NCBI GenBank assembly: GCA_951812735.1
Contig: OX638332.1
Coordinates: 85,042 to 149,041 of the forward strand
Direction of reading: 5' to 3'
Source: Candidatus Dadabacteria bacterium
GTDB lineage: Bacteria; Desulfobacterota_D; UBA1144; Nemesobacterales; Nemesobacteraceae
DNA: 64,000 bases
The translations under genes were made by a program, and so were the position numbers. Positions 15,139 through 25,711 of this stretch are shown in pieces. How positions within the stretch are numbered: position 1 is the stretch's first letter; each line of letters begins with the position of its first letter. Under the pieces are notes generated by a model. The model had not been told where the DNA came from, did no database searches, and saw only the letters and a program-made list of their open reading frames with translations.

Positions 15139-16509
15139 ATGTCAAAGCAAGGCGGGAATTTGCTTCTGCGCGCTTCAGTCTTTCTTCTGTTTCTTTTTGC
15201 GATTGTGGGTTACAAGGTTTCCACAGCCGATGGGGAACCTTCCCCGCAAGGGGGAGGGATAGTTGAAATCGAGATAAACGGCTCGATAAATCCCTCTACG
15301 GTCGACTATATAAAGACCGCTCTTTTAGAAGCGCGTGCCCAGGACGCCGCGGCCCTTCTTATCCTGATGGATACTCCGGGAGGACTGCTTAATTCCACTA
15401 AGGACATAGTGAAGGAACTTCTTAATTCCGAAATTCCGGTGATCGTTTACGTCTATCCCAGAGGAGCGAGTGCTACTTCCGCGGGGGTTTTCATCACGCT
15501 CTCAGCACATGTCGCGGCGATGTCTCCCGGAACCAGCATAGGGGCGGCTCATCCCGTGATGCTGGGGGGTGGCCAGAGGGGCCCGGGGAAGCCCGAAAAA
15601 AAGAAAGACGATAAGTCTTCTGACGTTATGAACGAGAAAATCGAGAATTTCGCGTCGTCTTTTATGGAAAGCATCGCCAAGGAAAGGGGAAGAAACGCGA
15701 AGTGGGCCGTCGAGTCGGTTAGAAAAAGCGTTTCGGTGACGGCGGATGAGGCGCTTAAAAAAAAGGTGATAGACATTATATCCCCTGACATTCCTACTCT
15801 TCTTTCCGAGATAGATGGAAGGGAAATAAAAGTGAACGACCGAAGCGTCCGCCTTGAGACCGCAGGGGCAAAGACGCAGCGCTTGGAGATGAGCCTCAGG
15901 CAGAAAGTTGTGAATATTCTCAGCACTCCCGACATAGCGTTTCTGCTTCTCTCCCTGGGTTCGCTCGGAATATTCCTTGAGTTCTACAACCCGGGAATGA
16001 TTTTCCCCGGCGTTGCGGGACTCATCGCCCTGCTTGTGGGGTTTGTTTCCCTCCAGATACTTCCTTTTAATTACGCGGGGCTCATACTGCTTTTCGTTGC
16101 CATGGCGCTTTTGATATCGGAGGTTTACGTGACGAGTTACGGTCTTTTAAGCCTAGCTGCGCTTGCGTGTCTTGTATTCGGGGGGCTCCTGCTTTTCGAT
16201 ACGCCGGAATCTGATCTCGGCGTGAGCAAAGGAACCATAGCAGCGGTGGCCGTAAGCATTGGATTGCTTTCGGTTTTTATTGTATATTTAGGCGTAAAAT
16301 CGTTCAAAGTTCCCGTTCATGGCGGTTTTGAGGGGATGGTAGGTCAGAAGGGGGAAGTTGTTTCCTGGTCTCAGAAAAGCGGAAAGGTTTACATAGGGGG
16401 AGAGCATTGGGAAGCGACGGGCGATCGAGAGTTTTCACCCGGAGAAAAAATAAAGGTAGTAGAGAGCACAGGAGATCTCGTCGTCAAGGTTTCAGATTAT
16501 GACGACTAA
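15139..16509 (+). CDS. nfeD: NfeD family membrane-bound serine protease (ClpP class)
   Basis: MDTPGGL, ASATSAGVFI, GTSIGAAHP; TM block; C-terminal OB domain GEHWEA. Confidence 0.92.
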   Translation: MSKQGGNLLLRASVFLLFLFAIVGYKVSTADGEPSPQGGGIVEIEINGSINPSTVDYIKTALLEARAQDAAALLILMDTPGGLLNSTKDIVKELLNSEIPVIVYVYPRGASATSAGVFITLSAHVAAMSPGTSIGAAHPVMLGGGQRGPGKPEKKKDDKSSDVMNEKIENFASSFMESIAKERGRNAKWAVESVRKSVSVTADEALKKKVIDIISPDIPTLLSEIDGREIKVNDRSVRLETAGAKTQRLEMSLRQKVVNILSTPDIAFLLLSLGSLGIFLEFYNPGMIFPGVAGLIALLVGFVSLQILPFNYAGLILLFVAMALLISEVYVTSYGLLSLAALACLVFGGLLLFDTPESDLGVSKGTIAAVAVSIGLLSVFIVYLGVKSFKVPVHGGFEGMVGQKGEVVSWSQKSGKVYIGGEHWEATGDREFSPGEKIKVVESTGDLVVKVSDYDD

Positions 16510-16521
16510 CAGTGACGCACA

Positions 16522-17283
16522 ATGTCAATAACCGCAATTATAGTTGTTGTAGTTGCTTTTCTAATCATTATCTCGGGACTTAAAATCCTCTTTGAATATG
16601 AAAGGGGAGTAATCTTTCGTCTCGGAAGAATAACCGGAGTCAGGGGCCCCGGATTCATCATCGTCATCCCGTTTCTCGAGAAGATGGTGAGAGTCAGTCT
16701 CAGGCTTGTAACCATGGACGTGCCTCCTCAGGACGTGATAACCAAGGATAACGTTTCGGTAAAGGTAAACGCGGTTGTCTATTTCAGGGTGGTTGAGCCG
16801 AACAGGGCGATCCTTCAGGTTGAAAATTATCTCTATGCCACTTCCCAGCTTGCCCAGACAACCCTGAGGAGCATCCTCGGGCAGGTAGAGCTCGATGAAC
16901 TTCTCTCGGAGAGGGAAAAACTTAACATCAAGCTCCAGGAAGTTCTCGACAAGCAGACCGACTCCTGGGGAATCAAGGTTACCATGGTTGAGGTTAAGTA
17001 CGTCGATCTTCCGCAGGAAATGCAGAGAGCCATGGCCAAGCAGGCGGAAGCCGAGAGGGAGAGAAGAGCGAAGGTAATAAGCGCCGAAGGGGAGTTTCAG
17101 GCATCGGCCAAGATTGCTGAAGCCTCTGAAATACTGTCGGCAAACCCGGTCTCTCTCCAGCTCAGGTTCCTTCAGACAATGCACGATATGGCGTCTTCCG
17201 AAAGAGCTTCCACGATCATTCTGCCTCTTCCGATTGACATGTTGTCGGCTTTTACAAAAAAAGACGAAAAAACGGATTCGTAA
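16522..17283 (+). CDS. SPFH/stomatin-like (slipin) protein
   Basis: [29 protein letters not shown] and [11 protein letters not shown]; canonical partner of nfeD. Confidence 0.95.
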   Translation: MSITAIIVVVVAFLIIISGLKILFEYERGVIFRLGRITGVRGPGFIIVIPFLEKMVRVSLRLVTMDVPPQDVITKDNVSVKVNAVVYFRVVEPNRAILQVENYLYATSQLAQTTLRSILGQVELDELLSEREKLNIKLQEVLDKQTDSWGIKVTMVEVKYVDLPQEMQRAMAKQAEAERERRAKVISAEGEFQASAKIAEASEILSANPVSLQLRFLQTMHDMASSERASTIILPLPIDMLSAFTKKDEKTDS

Positions 17284-17319
17284 GCTGCTTGCCGGACCGA
17301 AACTCCTTGTAAAAACTTC

Positions 17320-18978
17320 ATGAACAAACCTCTGCGTCTTTTTGTGCTCGCGTTCTTAGTCGTATCCGCAGGGTTCCTTTTGGCCGGATGCACCCGAAGC
17401 ACAGACTGTCAGAATAAAAACGACAACTCTTCCCTTGCCAGCAACGCGGACCCGAAAGCTTTTTCTCCCGGAGGTTCGCTTATAAGGGAGCTTGGAGAGG
17501 AGCCCGCCACACTTAACCCCGTCATAGCCACGGATGTTTACGAGGGTATCGTTAACGGCGGAATCTACGAGACGCTTATAAGAAGGGATAACGAAACCCT
17601 TGAATTCGAGCCTCTGCTCGCCAAATCCTGGGAAGTTTCAGAGGACAAGCTTTCTTATATCTTCCACCTTAGAAAAGACGTAAAATGGCATGACGGCACC
17701 CCTTTTACCGCAGATGACGTGGTTTTTTCCTATGAATCCATAAGAAACCCGAAAGTCGCCGCGGCTCATCTCCAAAGCTACTATCAGGACGTAAAGTCCT
17801 ATACCAAGATTGACTCCCACACCGTGAGATGCGAGTACGGAAAACCTTACTTCCGCGCTTTTGAGTTCTGCGGCGGAATTCCCATAGTGCCGAAGCACGT
17901 GTTCGGGAAGGGGGATTTCAACACGAACCCCGCCGGAAGAAAACCCGTCGGGACCGGGCCCTACCTATTTGAGCACTGGGAGACGGGAAGGGAGATCAGG
18001 GTCAGGAGAAACCCCGATTACTGGGGCGAGCCCGCGTGGCTAAGTGAGGTGGTCTACAAGATCGTGCTTGATCCCACCGTCAAACTTCAGCTTCTTAAGA
18101 AACAGGAGCTTGATCTCGCGGGTCTTCTTCCGCTTCAGTGGTCAAAGCAGAGCTGCGGGAAACCGTTTCGGAAAAAATTCTACAGGGCTTCTTATACGAC
18201 CCCGGGTTATAACTACATAGGGTGGAATTCCAGAAAGCCTTTTTTCAGCGATAAGAGGGTGAGACGGGCGATGACCCATTTTGTCGACAGGGAGACCATC
18301 CTTAGGGAAATTCTCCTGGGTCTCGGAGAGATAGTGACCACGACCTTTTACGTTAACGGTCCCGAATACCCAAAGGACGTAAAGCCTTATGTCTACGACA
18401 CGCAGAAGGCGAGGGCGCTTCTTGACGAGGCGGGGTGGCGAGACAGCGACGGTGATGGAATAAGGGACAAGGACGGCACCTCTTTCCGTTTCGAGTTTCT
18501 GCTGCCCACCGGTTCTGAGACCGGTGAGAAGATAGCGACCATACTGAAGGAGGAGCTTTCCCGCTCCGGTATCGAGATGAGCATAAGAAAAATAGAGTGG
18601 GCGGTTTTTATCCAGAGCATAACCGAGCGAAAGTTCGATGCCGTGACCTTGGGATGGAGCCTTGGAGTGGAAAGCGACCCCTACCAGCTCTGGCATTCTT
18701 CCCAGGCCGAGGAGGGTTCAAATTTCGTGGGCTTTAAGAACCCCCGCGCGGATGTTCTGATTGAGGAAGCGAGAGAGGAGTTCTCAAGGCCGGAGCGGAT
18801 AAAAAAATACGATGAGTTCTCAAGGATTCTCCACGAAGAGCAGCCGTACACCTTTCTGTTCGCGAGAAAATCCACCGTTGCTGTGCACAGAAGATTCCAT
18901 AACGTAAGGCTTTATCCGTTGGGATTTGATACAAGGGAGTGGTTTGTTCCGAAGAATTTGCGCAAATACTCGAACTAG
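17320..18978 (+). CDS. Peptide ABC transporter substrate-binding lipoprotein (OppA/AppA)
   Basis: Lipobox LAGC; family 5 SBP motifs PLLAKSW, LRKDVKWHDG and PVGTGPY. Confidence 0.93.
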   Translation: MNKPLRLFVLAFLVVSAGFLLAGCTRSTDCQNKNDNSSLASNADPKAFSPGGSLIRELGEEPATLNPVIATDVYEGIVNGGIYETLIRRDNETLEFEPLLAKSWEVSEDKLSYIFHLRKDVKWHDGTPFTADDVVFSYESIRNPKVAAAHLQSYYQDVKSYTKIDSHTVRCEYGKPYFRAFEFCGGIPIVPKHVFGKGDFNTNPAGRKPVGTGPYLFEHWETGREIRVRRNPDYWGEPAWLSEVVYKIVLDPTVKLQLLKKQELDLAGLLPLQWSKQSCGKPFRKKFYRASYTTPGYNYIGWNSRKPFFSDKRVRRAMTHFVDRETILREILLGLGEIVTTTFYVNGPEYPKDVKPYVYDTQKARALLDEAGWRDSDGDGIRDKDGTSFRFEFLLPTGSETGEKIATILKEELSRSGIEMSIRKIEWAVFIQSITERKFDAVTLGWSLGVESDPYQLWHSSQAEEGSNFVGFKNPRADVLIEEAREEFSRPERIKKYDEFSRILHEEQPYTFLFARKSTVAVHRRFHNVRLYPLGFDTREWFVPKNLRKYSN

Positions 18979-19250
18979 AAGTTTTGGCCTTGTGTGGTCA
19001 ATACTAGAGAATATGTCCAGGATTGTTCTTTAACCTGCTGTTTCCCCAGCCCTTTGCTTAAGCTTCTCAGAAAACAGTTTTTCCCCTTCAACCACGAATT
19101 TTTTATTCCAAATCTGTCGATTTACGCACATAATCTTTCTCTCTTACAACCACTCTATACTCAGTTTTTTGTGGGAAGCGGCCTTATTGTTGTCCGCGGA
19201 CTTGAGTCCTTGGAAAAAGGGAGCTTTCAGAGGTGAAAGCGTTTTTCCCG

Positions 19251-19418
19251 GTTGAGAAGTTTCGGGAAATAGATAAAATATATACTTACCTATTGATAAA
19301 TATATAAACACTTTCAGGGAATTATTTTTAGATTTTCTTAAAAATATAGTATAATTATATTTATATTTTAGATAATAAACCAAAAAACTTGGATCAAAGG
19401 CAGACCTAGGATGTTGGT
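19251..19418 (+). promoter_or_regulatory. AT-rich leader/promoter of AbiEi copy 1
   Basis: TATAAT at 19350-19355 lies inside the inverted repeat AAATATA-N7-TATATTT. The region is colinear without gaps with 60619-60786. Confidence 0.6.
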
Positions 19419-20216
19419 ATGAGCTACGTAGAAACACAGGATGAAACCTCACGGGGAACCAGAATCAACCGCGTGCTTGCCCAGAATCCCCCGGGTGTTC
19501 CCATGACCAGCGGGTGGCTTGCCTTGCAGCGGGTTTCCCCCCAGCTGCTGCAAGGCTACAAGAGCAGCGGCTGGCTGAGCCCTATTGGCAGAGGGGCATG
19601 GATGAGAGCGGGCACGGAACCTACCTTGTCAGGATCCATCTACGCTTTGCAGCGGCAACGTTCCGTGACCGTTTATCCCGCGGCGTGCACAGCGCTTGGG
19701 TATCAGGGGCGGCTGCATTACCTGCCGCTTGGAGCAAGTCCCGTTCTGCAGCTAGCCGTCGGGTCCGACAGGAAACTGCCCCAGTGGTTTACGCGCCAGC
19801 CGTTTGCCGCAAACCTGCGCGCGCTAAACGCCGATGCGCTGTTTGACTCGGTCTCAGCGGGCGTGACTGACTGGCGGGCCGGGGAGTTCTCGCTCGAAAT
19901 AAGCTCTCCCGAACGGGCCATGCTCGAGTACTGCTATCTGCTGCCGAACCACGCGGATTTCGAGGAAGCCAGGCAGCTCATGGAAGGTCTTGCGACATTG
20001 CGCCCCGAGCTGGTGCAAAGTGTCCTGCTTGCCTGCAGGTCGGTAAAGGCAAAGCGGCTGTTTCTTGCCCTGGCGGAGATTGTCGGTCACGAATGGTACC
20101 GTGAACTGGATCTGGAGTCAGTTAAGCTCGGTTCCGGGAGCCGCCATGTTGTAAGCGGCGGACTTTGGAACTCGAGATTCAAGATAACGGTTCCCGAAAT
20201 CTGGATGGATTCATGA
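19419..20216 (+). CDS. Type IV TA antitoxin AbiEi (AbiEi_3-like), copy 1
   Basis: GYKSSGWL..GRGAW, TALGYQGRLHYLP, ISSPERAMLE, LMEGL.TLRP and SVKAKRLFL are characteristic of this family. Confidence 0.88.
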   Translation: MSYVETQDETSRGTRINRVLAQNPPGVPMTSGWLALQRVSPQLLQGYKSSGWLSPIGRGAWMRAGTEPTLSGSIYALQRQRSVTVYPAACTALGYQGRLHYLPLGASPVLQLAVGSDRKLPQWFTRQPFAANLRALNADALFDSVSAGVTDWRAGEFSLEISSPERAMLEYCYLLPNHADFEEARQLMEGLATLRPELVQSVLLACRSVKAKRLFLALAEIVGHEWYRELDLESVKLGSGSRHVVSGGLWNSRFKITVPEIWMDS

Positions 20217-20299
20217 CGGAAGCGTATCGGAGACAATCGAACTTGTTGCTTGAGACCCTGCGGATTGACGCCGGGACGGTTCAGGAAAACACAACCTGA
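20213..20299 (+). pseudogene. 5' remnant of the AbiEii nucleotidyltransferase toxin
   Basis: ATGA overlap with the AbiEi stop. MTEAYRRQSNLLLETL resembles the AbiEii N-terminus that precedes the ALKGGT motif; the frame then runs into the convergent aldehyde dehydrogenase tail. Confidence 0.6.
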
Positions 20300-21714
20300 A
20301 TATCCGTGTATTCCACCAGACCTTCCTCTGCGAACTCGACGCCGAAGCCGGAGCGTTTTACCCCGCCGAAGGGGGCGTTGGGCTGGATCATGCCGTGCTT
20401 GTTTATCCAGACAGAACCGCATTCCATCCGGTTCGCGATCTCTCTCGCCTTTTCTATGTCCCGGCTCCAGATCGAACCGCCGAGACCGTTGGGGTTGTCG
20501 TTTGCCTTCTCGATAGCTTCCTCGATCCGGCGATAGCGGATGATCGGTAAAACGGGGCCGAACTGCTCCTCGTCGACTAGGGGGTCTCCGTTTTCAAGGT
20601 CGGCTATGATCGTGAGCGGATAAAAATACCCTTTTCCGTCCATTTCTTTTTGTATATCTCCGGGATTTCCGCCCAGCAGCACGCGCCCCTTGGACTCCGC
20701 ACTTTGCACCAGGTTGGCCACGATATCGTATTGCTTGCGGTTCTGGATCGGACCCAAAACGACATCCTCGTTCGTACCTTCGCCAACCTTCATCTTTCTG
20801 GCGAACGCGACCAGTTCATCGCATACTTCGTCGTACACGTCATCATGCACGTAAAGCCGTTTGATCGCCGCGCAGGTCTGGCCGCTGTTGATGAACGCGC
20901 CCCAGAAAAGCCCTTCGGCGATCTGCTTCGGGTCGACGTCCGGAAGAACAATTCCGGCGTCGTTTCCGCCGAGTTCAAGAGTCAGCCGCTTCATGGTTTC
21001 CGCCGAGTTTGCCATGATCTTCTGGCCGGTCTCGCAGGAGCCGGTGAAAACAATTTTGCCGATTCCTTCATGCGTCGTCATTGCGGCGCCCAGCCTGTCG
21101 TTGCCTGCGATGCAGTTCACCACGCCTTTCGGCAACACCTCGTCTATGAGTTCGATCAGGCGCAGAGTTGAGAGGGGCGTGAAGGGAGAGGGCTTGCTCA
21201 CCACCGTGTTGCCCGAGAGAACAGCGGGAACGATGTGCCAAGTGGCAATCAGAACCGGAAAGTTCCAGGGAGTAATCGAGCCCACGACGCCGATCGGCTT
21301 GCGGTGAAGCTCGACTCTGCCCTCATCGTTGTCCTGAAGGACCTTAACCGGCAGGGAAAGACCGGCTGTATAGCGGGTCCAGGCTACCGCGGCGCCGATT
21401 TCCCAGCGTGAACCGAGGCCGTTTAGAGGCTTGCCCTGCTCAGCGGTCAGGATGCGGGCGAGTTCCTCTGAGTTTTCCTCGATTTTCGAGGCGATTTTGA
21501 GACATGCCGCCTGCCGTTTGGCTTCGGGGACTTCGCGCCATTTTTTAAATGCCGCCTCGGCGGCTCGCACGGCATCGTCAAGATCCTTTTTCCTTGTCAG
21601 CGATGCAAGTCCGGCCACTTCCCCGTTAGCGGGATTCAGGACTTCGAAGCATCGTCCGGTCGGAACTTTCTCGCCGTTGATCACGAGGCGAAACGTCTGT
21701 ATTGTTGTGCTCAC
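20281..21714 (-). CDS. Aldehyde dehydrogenase family protein
   Basis: ITPWNFP, FTGS, LELGGND, catalytic Cys in NSGQTCAA, EEQFGP and PFGGVKRSG. Confidence 0.95.
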   Translation of the reverse strand: MSTTIQTFRLVINGEKVPTGRCFEVLNPANGEVAGLASLTRKKDLDDAVRAAEAAFKKWREVPEAKRQAACLKIASKIEENSEELARILTAEQGKPLNGLGSRWEIGAAVAWTRYTAGLSLPVKVLQDNDEGRVELHRKPIGVVGSITPWNFPVLIATWHIVPAVLSGNTVVSKPSPFTPLSTLRLIELIDEVLPKGVVNCIAGNDRLGAAMTTHEGIGKIVFTGSCETGQKIMANSAETMKRLTLELGGNDAGIVLPDVDPKQIAEGLFWGAFINSGQTCAAIKRLYVHDDVYDEVCDELVAFARKMKVGEGTNEDVVLGPIQNRKQYDIVANLVQSAESKGRVLLGGNPGDIQKEMDGKGYFYPLTIIADLENGDPLVDEEQFGPVLPIIRYRRIEEAIEKANDNPNGLGGSIWSRDIEKAREIANRMECGSVWINKHGMIQPNAPFGGVKRSGFGVEFAEEGLVEYTDIQVVFS

Positions 21715-21742
21715 CCGGTTCCTCCTATAACCACTGCAATAA

Positions 21743-21761
21743 GTGACGACATGTCGGTCAC
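21743..21761. promoter_or_regulatory. Palindromic operator upstream of the aldehyde dehydrogenase
   Basis: GTGACGACATGTCGGTCAC is a near-perfect palindrome about 30 bp upstream of the minus-strand start. Confidence 0.45.
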
Positions 21762-21953
21762 AATACTTAATGCCACGACATTCTTACATGTTGGTATTGT
21801 TCAGACCGAATGTCAAGCGGTATTTGTCCCGTATTGCTGAGTGTATTTCTTTAGTGGGGGAGTCGTATATATACTTTGGAGGTACACTTCTGGCTTTCTG
21901 ACTTTTTCATCGGGTCATGTATATAATTCACTTTCTCTAGGTTCTTTTTCCGT

Positions 21954-22955
21954 ATGAAAGACTACATCCTGAAAAGACTTCTGCTGATGATCCCCACGTT
22001 GTTCGGGATCACCCTTATCACCTTTCTCGTGATACAGCTCGCGCCGGGGAGCCCCGTTGAGAGCAGGATGTCGATTGATCAGGGAATAAAAAGCGACCAG
22101 GTAACCAAGCAGATAGTCGAGCAGACCAAAAAGCTCTACGGTCTCGACAAGCCTGTTCATGAGAGGTATCTCATCTGGCTCCGCCAGATCGTGACCCTTG
22201 ATTTCGGAAATTCCTACAAGGACCACCGCCCGGTCATAGACAAGATAGCGGAGAGACTCCCGATCACCCTTATACTGAACGTGCTTTCAATCTTCCTCGT
22301 TTATCTGATAGCCATACCGATCGGGGCGTGGTCCGCCGTTCGGCAGTGGAGTTTCCCGGAACGCGCCACCACCTTCGTTCTTTTCCTTCTATACTCGATT
22401 CCGAGTTTCTGGATGGCGGTGGTGCTGATCTATTTCTTCGGGGGCGGAGGGGCTCTTGATATCTTCCCCATATACGGCGTGCACTCAAGGGGATATGAGA
22501 ATCTTCCCTTTTTCGAGAGGACAATGGATTTCCTCTGGCACCTTGTTCTTCCGGTGTTCTGTCTTACTTACGCGAGCCTCGCGTCGCTTTCGCGCTACCA
22601 GAAGGGGAGCCTCCTTGAAGTGCTCCGGGAGGACTACATAAGGACTGCTAGGGCCAAGGGACTTGCGCCCAACAGAGTGCTTTTCAAGCACGCGCTTAGG
22701 AACTCGCTTATTCCCATAATAACGATAATCGCCTCGATCCTTCCAGCCATGATAGGGGGAAGCGTCATAATAGAGACCATATTCTCGATTCCGGGGATAG
22801 GAAGACTGGGCTTTGAGTCGGTGCTTTCAAGGGATTACCCGGTCATAATGGCCGTTGCCACCATCTCCGCTTTTCTGACCCTGATAGGCATTCTGATATC
22901 GGACATAACCTACGCCATCGTTGACCCAAGGATAGGCTTCGAGAGGAAGTCATGA
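21954..22955 (+). CDS. Peptide ABC transporter permease (OppB/DppB)
   Basis: YILKRLL, LDFGNS, EDYIRTARAKGL (EAA loop) and RDYPV. Confidence 0.95.
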   Translation: MKDYILKRLLLMIPTLFGITLITFLVIQLAPGSPVESRMSIDQGIKSDQVTKQIVEQTKKLYGLDKPVHERYLIWLRQIVTLDFGNSYKDHRPVIDKIAERLPITLILNVLSIFLVYLIAIPIGAWSAVRQWSFPERATTFVLFLLYSIPSFWMAVVLIYFFGGGGALDIFPIYGVHSRGYENLPFFERTMDFLWHLVLPVFCLTYASLASLSRYQKGSLLEVLREDYIRTARAKGLAPNRVLFKHALRNSLIPIITIIASILPAMIGGSVIIETIFSIPGIGRLGFESVLSRDYPVIMAVATISAFLTLIGILISDITYAIVDPRIGFERKS

Positions 22956-23950
22956 AGCAGGACTCAAGCATCGGATACTGGGACAGGGTATGGATCGAGT
23001 TCAAAAAGGACTCCCTCGCCTACGTCTCGTTCTTTTTCATAATCCTCCTCGTGGTGACGGCGGTTTTCGAAAGTTTCCTAGCGGGCAACAGGCCCATAGT
23101 TCTGGTTGAAGAAGGCAAGTACTACTTCCCGGTAGTTGTGGATTATCCCGAGTTCCGCGGGGTCGACCTCCGGGCCACGTACCTTGACGATCAGGATTCG
23201 TTCGCGGTCTTTCCCCCGGTGAAATACAGTCCAACGGAAAGCGATTTCTTCTCCGTTCTCGCAGCTCCCGACGGAAATCATTTTCTGGGCACAGACGACA
23301 GGGGAAGGGATGTTCTAAGCAGGATGATTCACGGGGCCAGGATATCGCTCTCAATAGGCCTTGTCGCCGTCGGGATAGCCATGGTGATAGGAATAATACT
23401 GGGGGCGGTTGCGGGTTATTACGGAGGCTGGATTGATTTTGCGATCTCAAGGTTAATAGAGGTGATGATCACTTTTCCCGTATTCTTTCTGATCCTAACC
23501 ATTCTCGCTTTCACAGAACCGAGCATTTATAACATCATGATAGTCATAGGGATTACGGGCTGGACGGGCGTGGCGAGGCTTGTCCGCGGGGAATTCCTTA
23601 AACTTCGCCGGACAAACTATGTGGAGGCGGCCTGGGCGCTTGGAAGCCGCGACCACAGGATTATACTAAAGCACATGCTTCCAAACGCTCTCGCGCCCGT
23701 TCTGGTGAGCGCCACCTTCGGAGTGGCGGGGGCGATACTGGTTGAGTCCAGTCTCAGTTTCCTTGGATTCGGGGTGACTCCCCCGGAACCGAGCTGGGGA
23801 GAGATAATCTCGCAGTCCCAGAAGTACGTGGATTTCGCCTGGTGGCTTGTTCTTTTCCCGGGACTTGCGATTTTCGCGACGGTTACGGCGCTTAATCTTG
23901 TGGGTGAGGGTTTCAGAAACGCGATAGACCCGAAACTAAAGGAAAGATAA
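22952..23950 (+). CDS. Peptide ABC transporter permease (OppC/DppC)
   Basis: LGTDDRGRDVLSR, YVEAA and ESSLSFLG. Confidence 0.95.
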   Translation: MKQDSSIGYWDRVWIEFKKDSLAYVSFFFIILLVVTAVFESFLAGNRPIVLVEEGKYYFPVVVDYPEFRGVDLRATYLDDQDSFAVFPPVKYSPTESDFFSVLAAPDGNHFLGTDDRGRDVLSRMIHGARISLSIGLVAVGIAMVIGIILGAVAGYYGGWIDFAISRLIEVMITFPVFFLILTILAFTEPSIYNIMIVIGITGWTGVARLVRGEFLKLRRTNYVEAAWALGSRDHRIILKHMLPNALAPVLVSATFGVAGAILVESSLSFLGFGVTPPEPSWGEIISQSQKYVDFAWWLVLFPGLAIFATVTALNLVGEGFRNAIDPKLKER

Positions 23951-23959
23951 AATTACGTG

Positions 23960-24952
23960 ATGGCAAACCGAGAACTGCTTGAGATAAAAGATCTTAACGT
24001 GTCCTTTCCCTCAGAGGGCGGGGAGCTTGAGGTTTTGGGAAACGTTAATCTCCAGATCGGAGAGGGGAAGATAGTCGGGGTCGTAGGAGAAAGCGGCTGC
24101 GGAAAAACCCTTACCGCTCTTTCGGTCATGGGGCTTTTGCCCGTGCCGCCGGCCAGGGTTAACTCGGGAGAGGTCATATACAAGGGAGAGAACCTGCTTT
24201 CGCTCAGCGAACGGGAACTCAGGCGTTACCGCGGAAACAGGATCTCCATGATATTCCAGGAGCCGATGAGCTCCCTTAATCCTGTTTACACCGTAGGGGA
24301 CCAGATAGGCGAGGTCATACGGGTTCATGAGAACGTCTCGAGAAAAGAGGAGAAAAGAAGAGTGGTTGACCTGCTGGACATAGTGGGCATTCCTTCTCCC
24401 GCCGAGAGATACTCTAGCTACCCGCACGAGATGAGCGGGGGCATGTGCCAGAGGGTCATGATCGCGATGGCCCTTGCCTGCAGCCCCGAGCTGCTGATAG
24501 CCGATGAACCCACAACCGCCCTTGACGTGACGATCCAAGCGGGAATTCTGGCCCTGATAAAAAGCCTTCGGGACAGGCTTGGGATGGCGGTTATGCTTAT
24601 ATCCCACGATCTGGGGGTCATCTCAAACGTCGCCGACGACGTTTACGTTCTTTACGCGGGAAAAGTGGTTGAGCGGGGAAGCGTTGAGCAGCTTTTTTCA
24701 GCCCCCGCGCATCCCTACACCATAGGGCTTATAAACTCGATTCCCGGTCAGTCGGAGGGCGAAGATCTTTACTCGATTAAGGGGACGATTCCCTCTCCTG
24801 GGGAGTTCCCTGAGGGGTGCAGGTTCAACAACCGCTGTGAGTACGCGGAGGGGAAATGTTTTGAGGCGCAGCCGGATCTTTACAATGTTTCTGATTCTCA
24901 CGGTTCGGCCTGTTTCCGCTACGAGATGTTTTTGAAAAATGGATCGGAATAA
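23960..24952 (+). CDS. Peptide ABC transporter ATP-binding protein (OppD/DppD)
   Basis: [26 protein letters not shown] and C-terminal Cys motif. Confidence 0.95.
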   Translation: MANRELLEIKDLNVSFPSEGGELEVLGNVNLQIGEGKIVGVVGESGCGKTLTALSVMGLLPVPPARVNSGEVIYKGENLLSLSERELRRYRGNRISMIFQEPMSSLNPVYTVGDQIGEVIRVHENVSRKEEKRRVVDLLDIVGIPSPAERYSSYPHEMSGGMCQRVMIAMALACSPELLIADEPTTALDVTIQAGILALIKSLRDRLGMAVMLISHDLGVISNVADDVYVLYAGKVVERGSVEQLFSAPAHPYTIGLINSIPGQSEGEDLYSIKGTIPSPGEFPEGCRFNNRCEYAEGKCFEAQPDLYNVSDSHGSACFRYEMFLKNGSE

Positions 24953-24995
24953 TGCGTTTAAACGGGTAGAAATTCACTTTGCCAAACAATTGGTG

Positions 24996-25313
24996 TTATC
25001 TCAGGGCCTGTACATGAAGTTTTACGCCCTCGCTTTCTTTTAAAGACGCCAGCAGGGAGGAGATGTTTTTAAGACTCGGGTTTCCTTTCGGACCGAGCAT
25101 GCGCATTAGGCTTTTCGGGTCTTTTTTCGTAAGAGTCCCAAGTTCCTGAAAACCGATAGTTGCGTTAACGTAGTCTCGTAACAGATCTTTGGCTACGGCA
25201 ATTTCATCATTGAGCACACACTCAATCGCTTCGGTCAGGAGACCGACTCGGAACTCCGGATCTCTCCTCGCCCGTTCCATTACGGTATCTCTAAAGTCGC
25301 GTGTTAATGCCAC
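24996..25313 (-). CDS. Addiction-module antidote / HTH antitoxin (HigA-like)
   Basis: MALTRDFRDTV..RDPEF, LRDYVNATIGF and MLGPKGNP; downstream of a RelE-type killer gene. Confidence 0.8.
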   Translation of the reverse strand: MALTRDFRDTVMERARRDPEFRVGLLTEAIECVLNDEIAVAKDLLRDYVNATIGFQELGTLTKKDPKSLMRMLGPKGNPSLKNISSLLASLKESEGVKLHVQALR

Positions 25314-25338
25314 TGTGTTTCCTCCAATTCAATTTTTT

Positions 25339-25665
25339 TTACGCGAGCTTTTGTTTTCTATCTTTGTAGTCTTTCCAGTATTTTTTTGCTTTGTTAATGT
25401 CGCTTTGCTGACGTTTTTTCGTCCCACCGCCTAAAAGAATGATCAGATCGTCTCCATCTTTTGCAAAATAAATTCTGTAGCCAGGTCCAAAGTCTATCCT
25501 GCGTTCGCTTACCCCATTTCCCACTGGTTTGACATTTGAGAAATTCCCATTTTCCATTCGAGCGACAGCAGTTCTGACTTTCAGAGCATGACTGGAACTA
25601 AGAGAATCAAACCATTGCTTAAACGGTTTAGTTCCATCTTCCCGTTCGTATTCTACTGTTATCAT
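25339..25665 (-). CDS. RelE/ParE-superfamily addiction-module killer (HigB-like)
   Basis: PFKQWF, GNFSNVKPVG.GVSE.RIDFGPGYRIYF and LLGGGTKK.Q..DI. Confidence 0.9.
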   Translation of the reverse strand: MITVEYEREDGTKPFKQWFDSLSSSHALKVRTAVARMENGNFSNVKPVGNGVSERRIDFGPGYRIYFAKDGDDLIILLGGGTKKRQQSDINKAKKYWKDYKDRKQKLA

Positions 25666-25711
25666 TTCCTCCCCCTGTTTGTTCCTCTTCCCTACCTTCC
25701 GATCGTGTTAT

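Noticed and set aside
19144-19452. 102-aa minus-strand ORF across the conserved AbiEi leader
   Set aside because: The same frame in copy 2 contains stop codons, so the conservation is non-coding.
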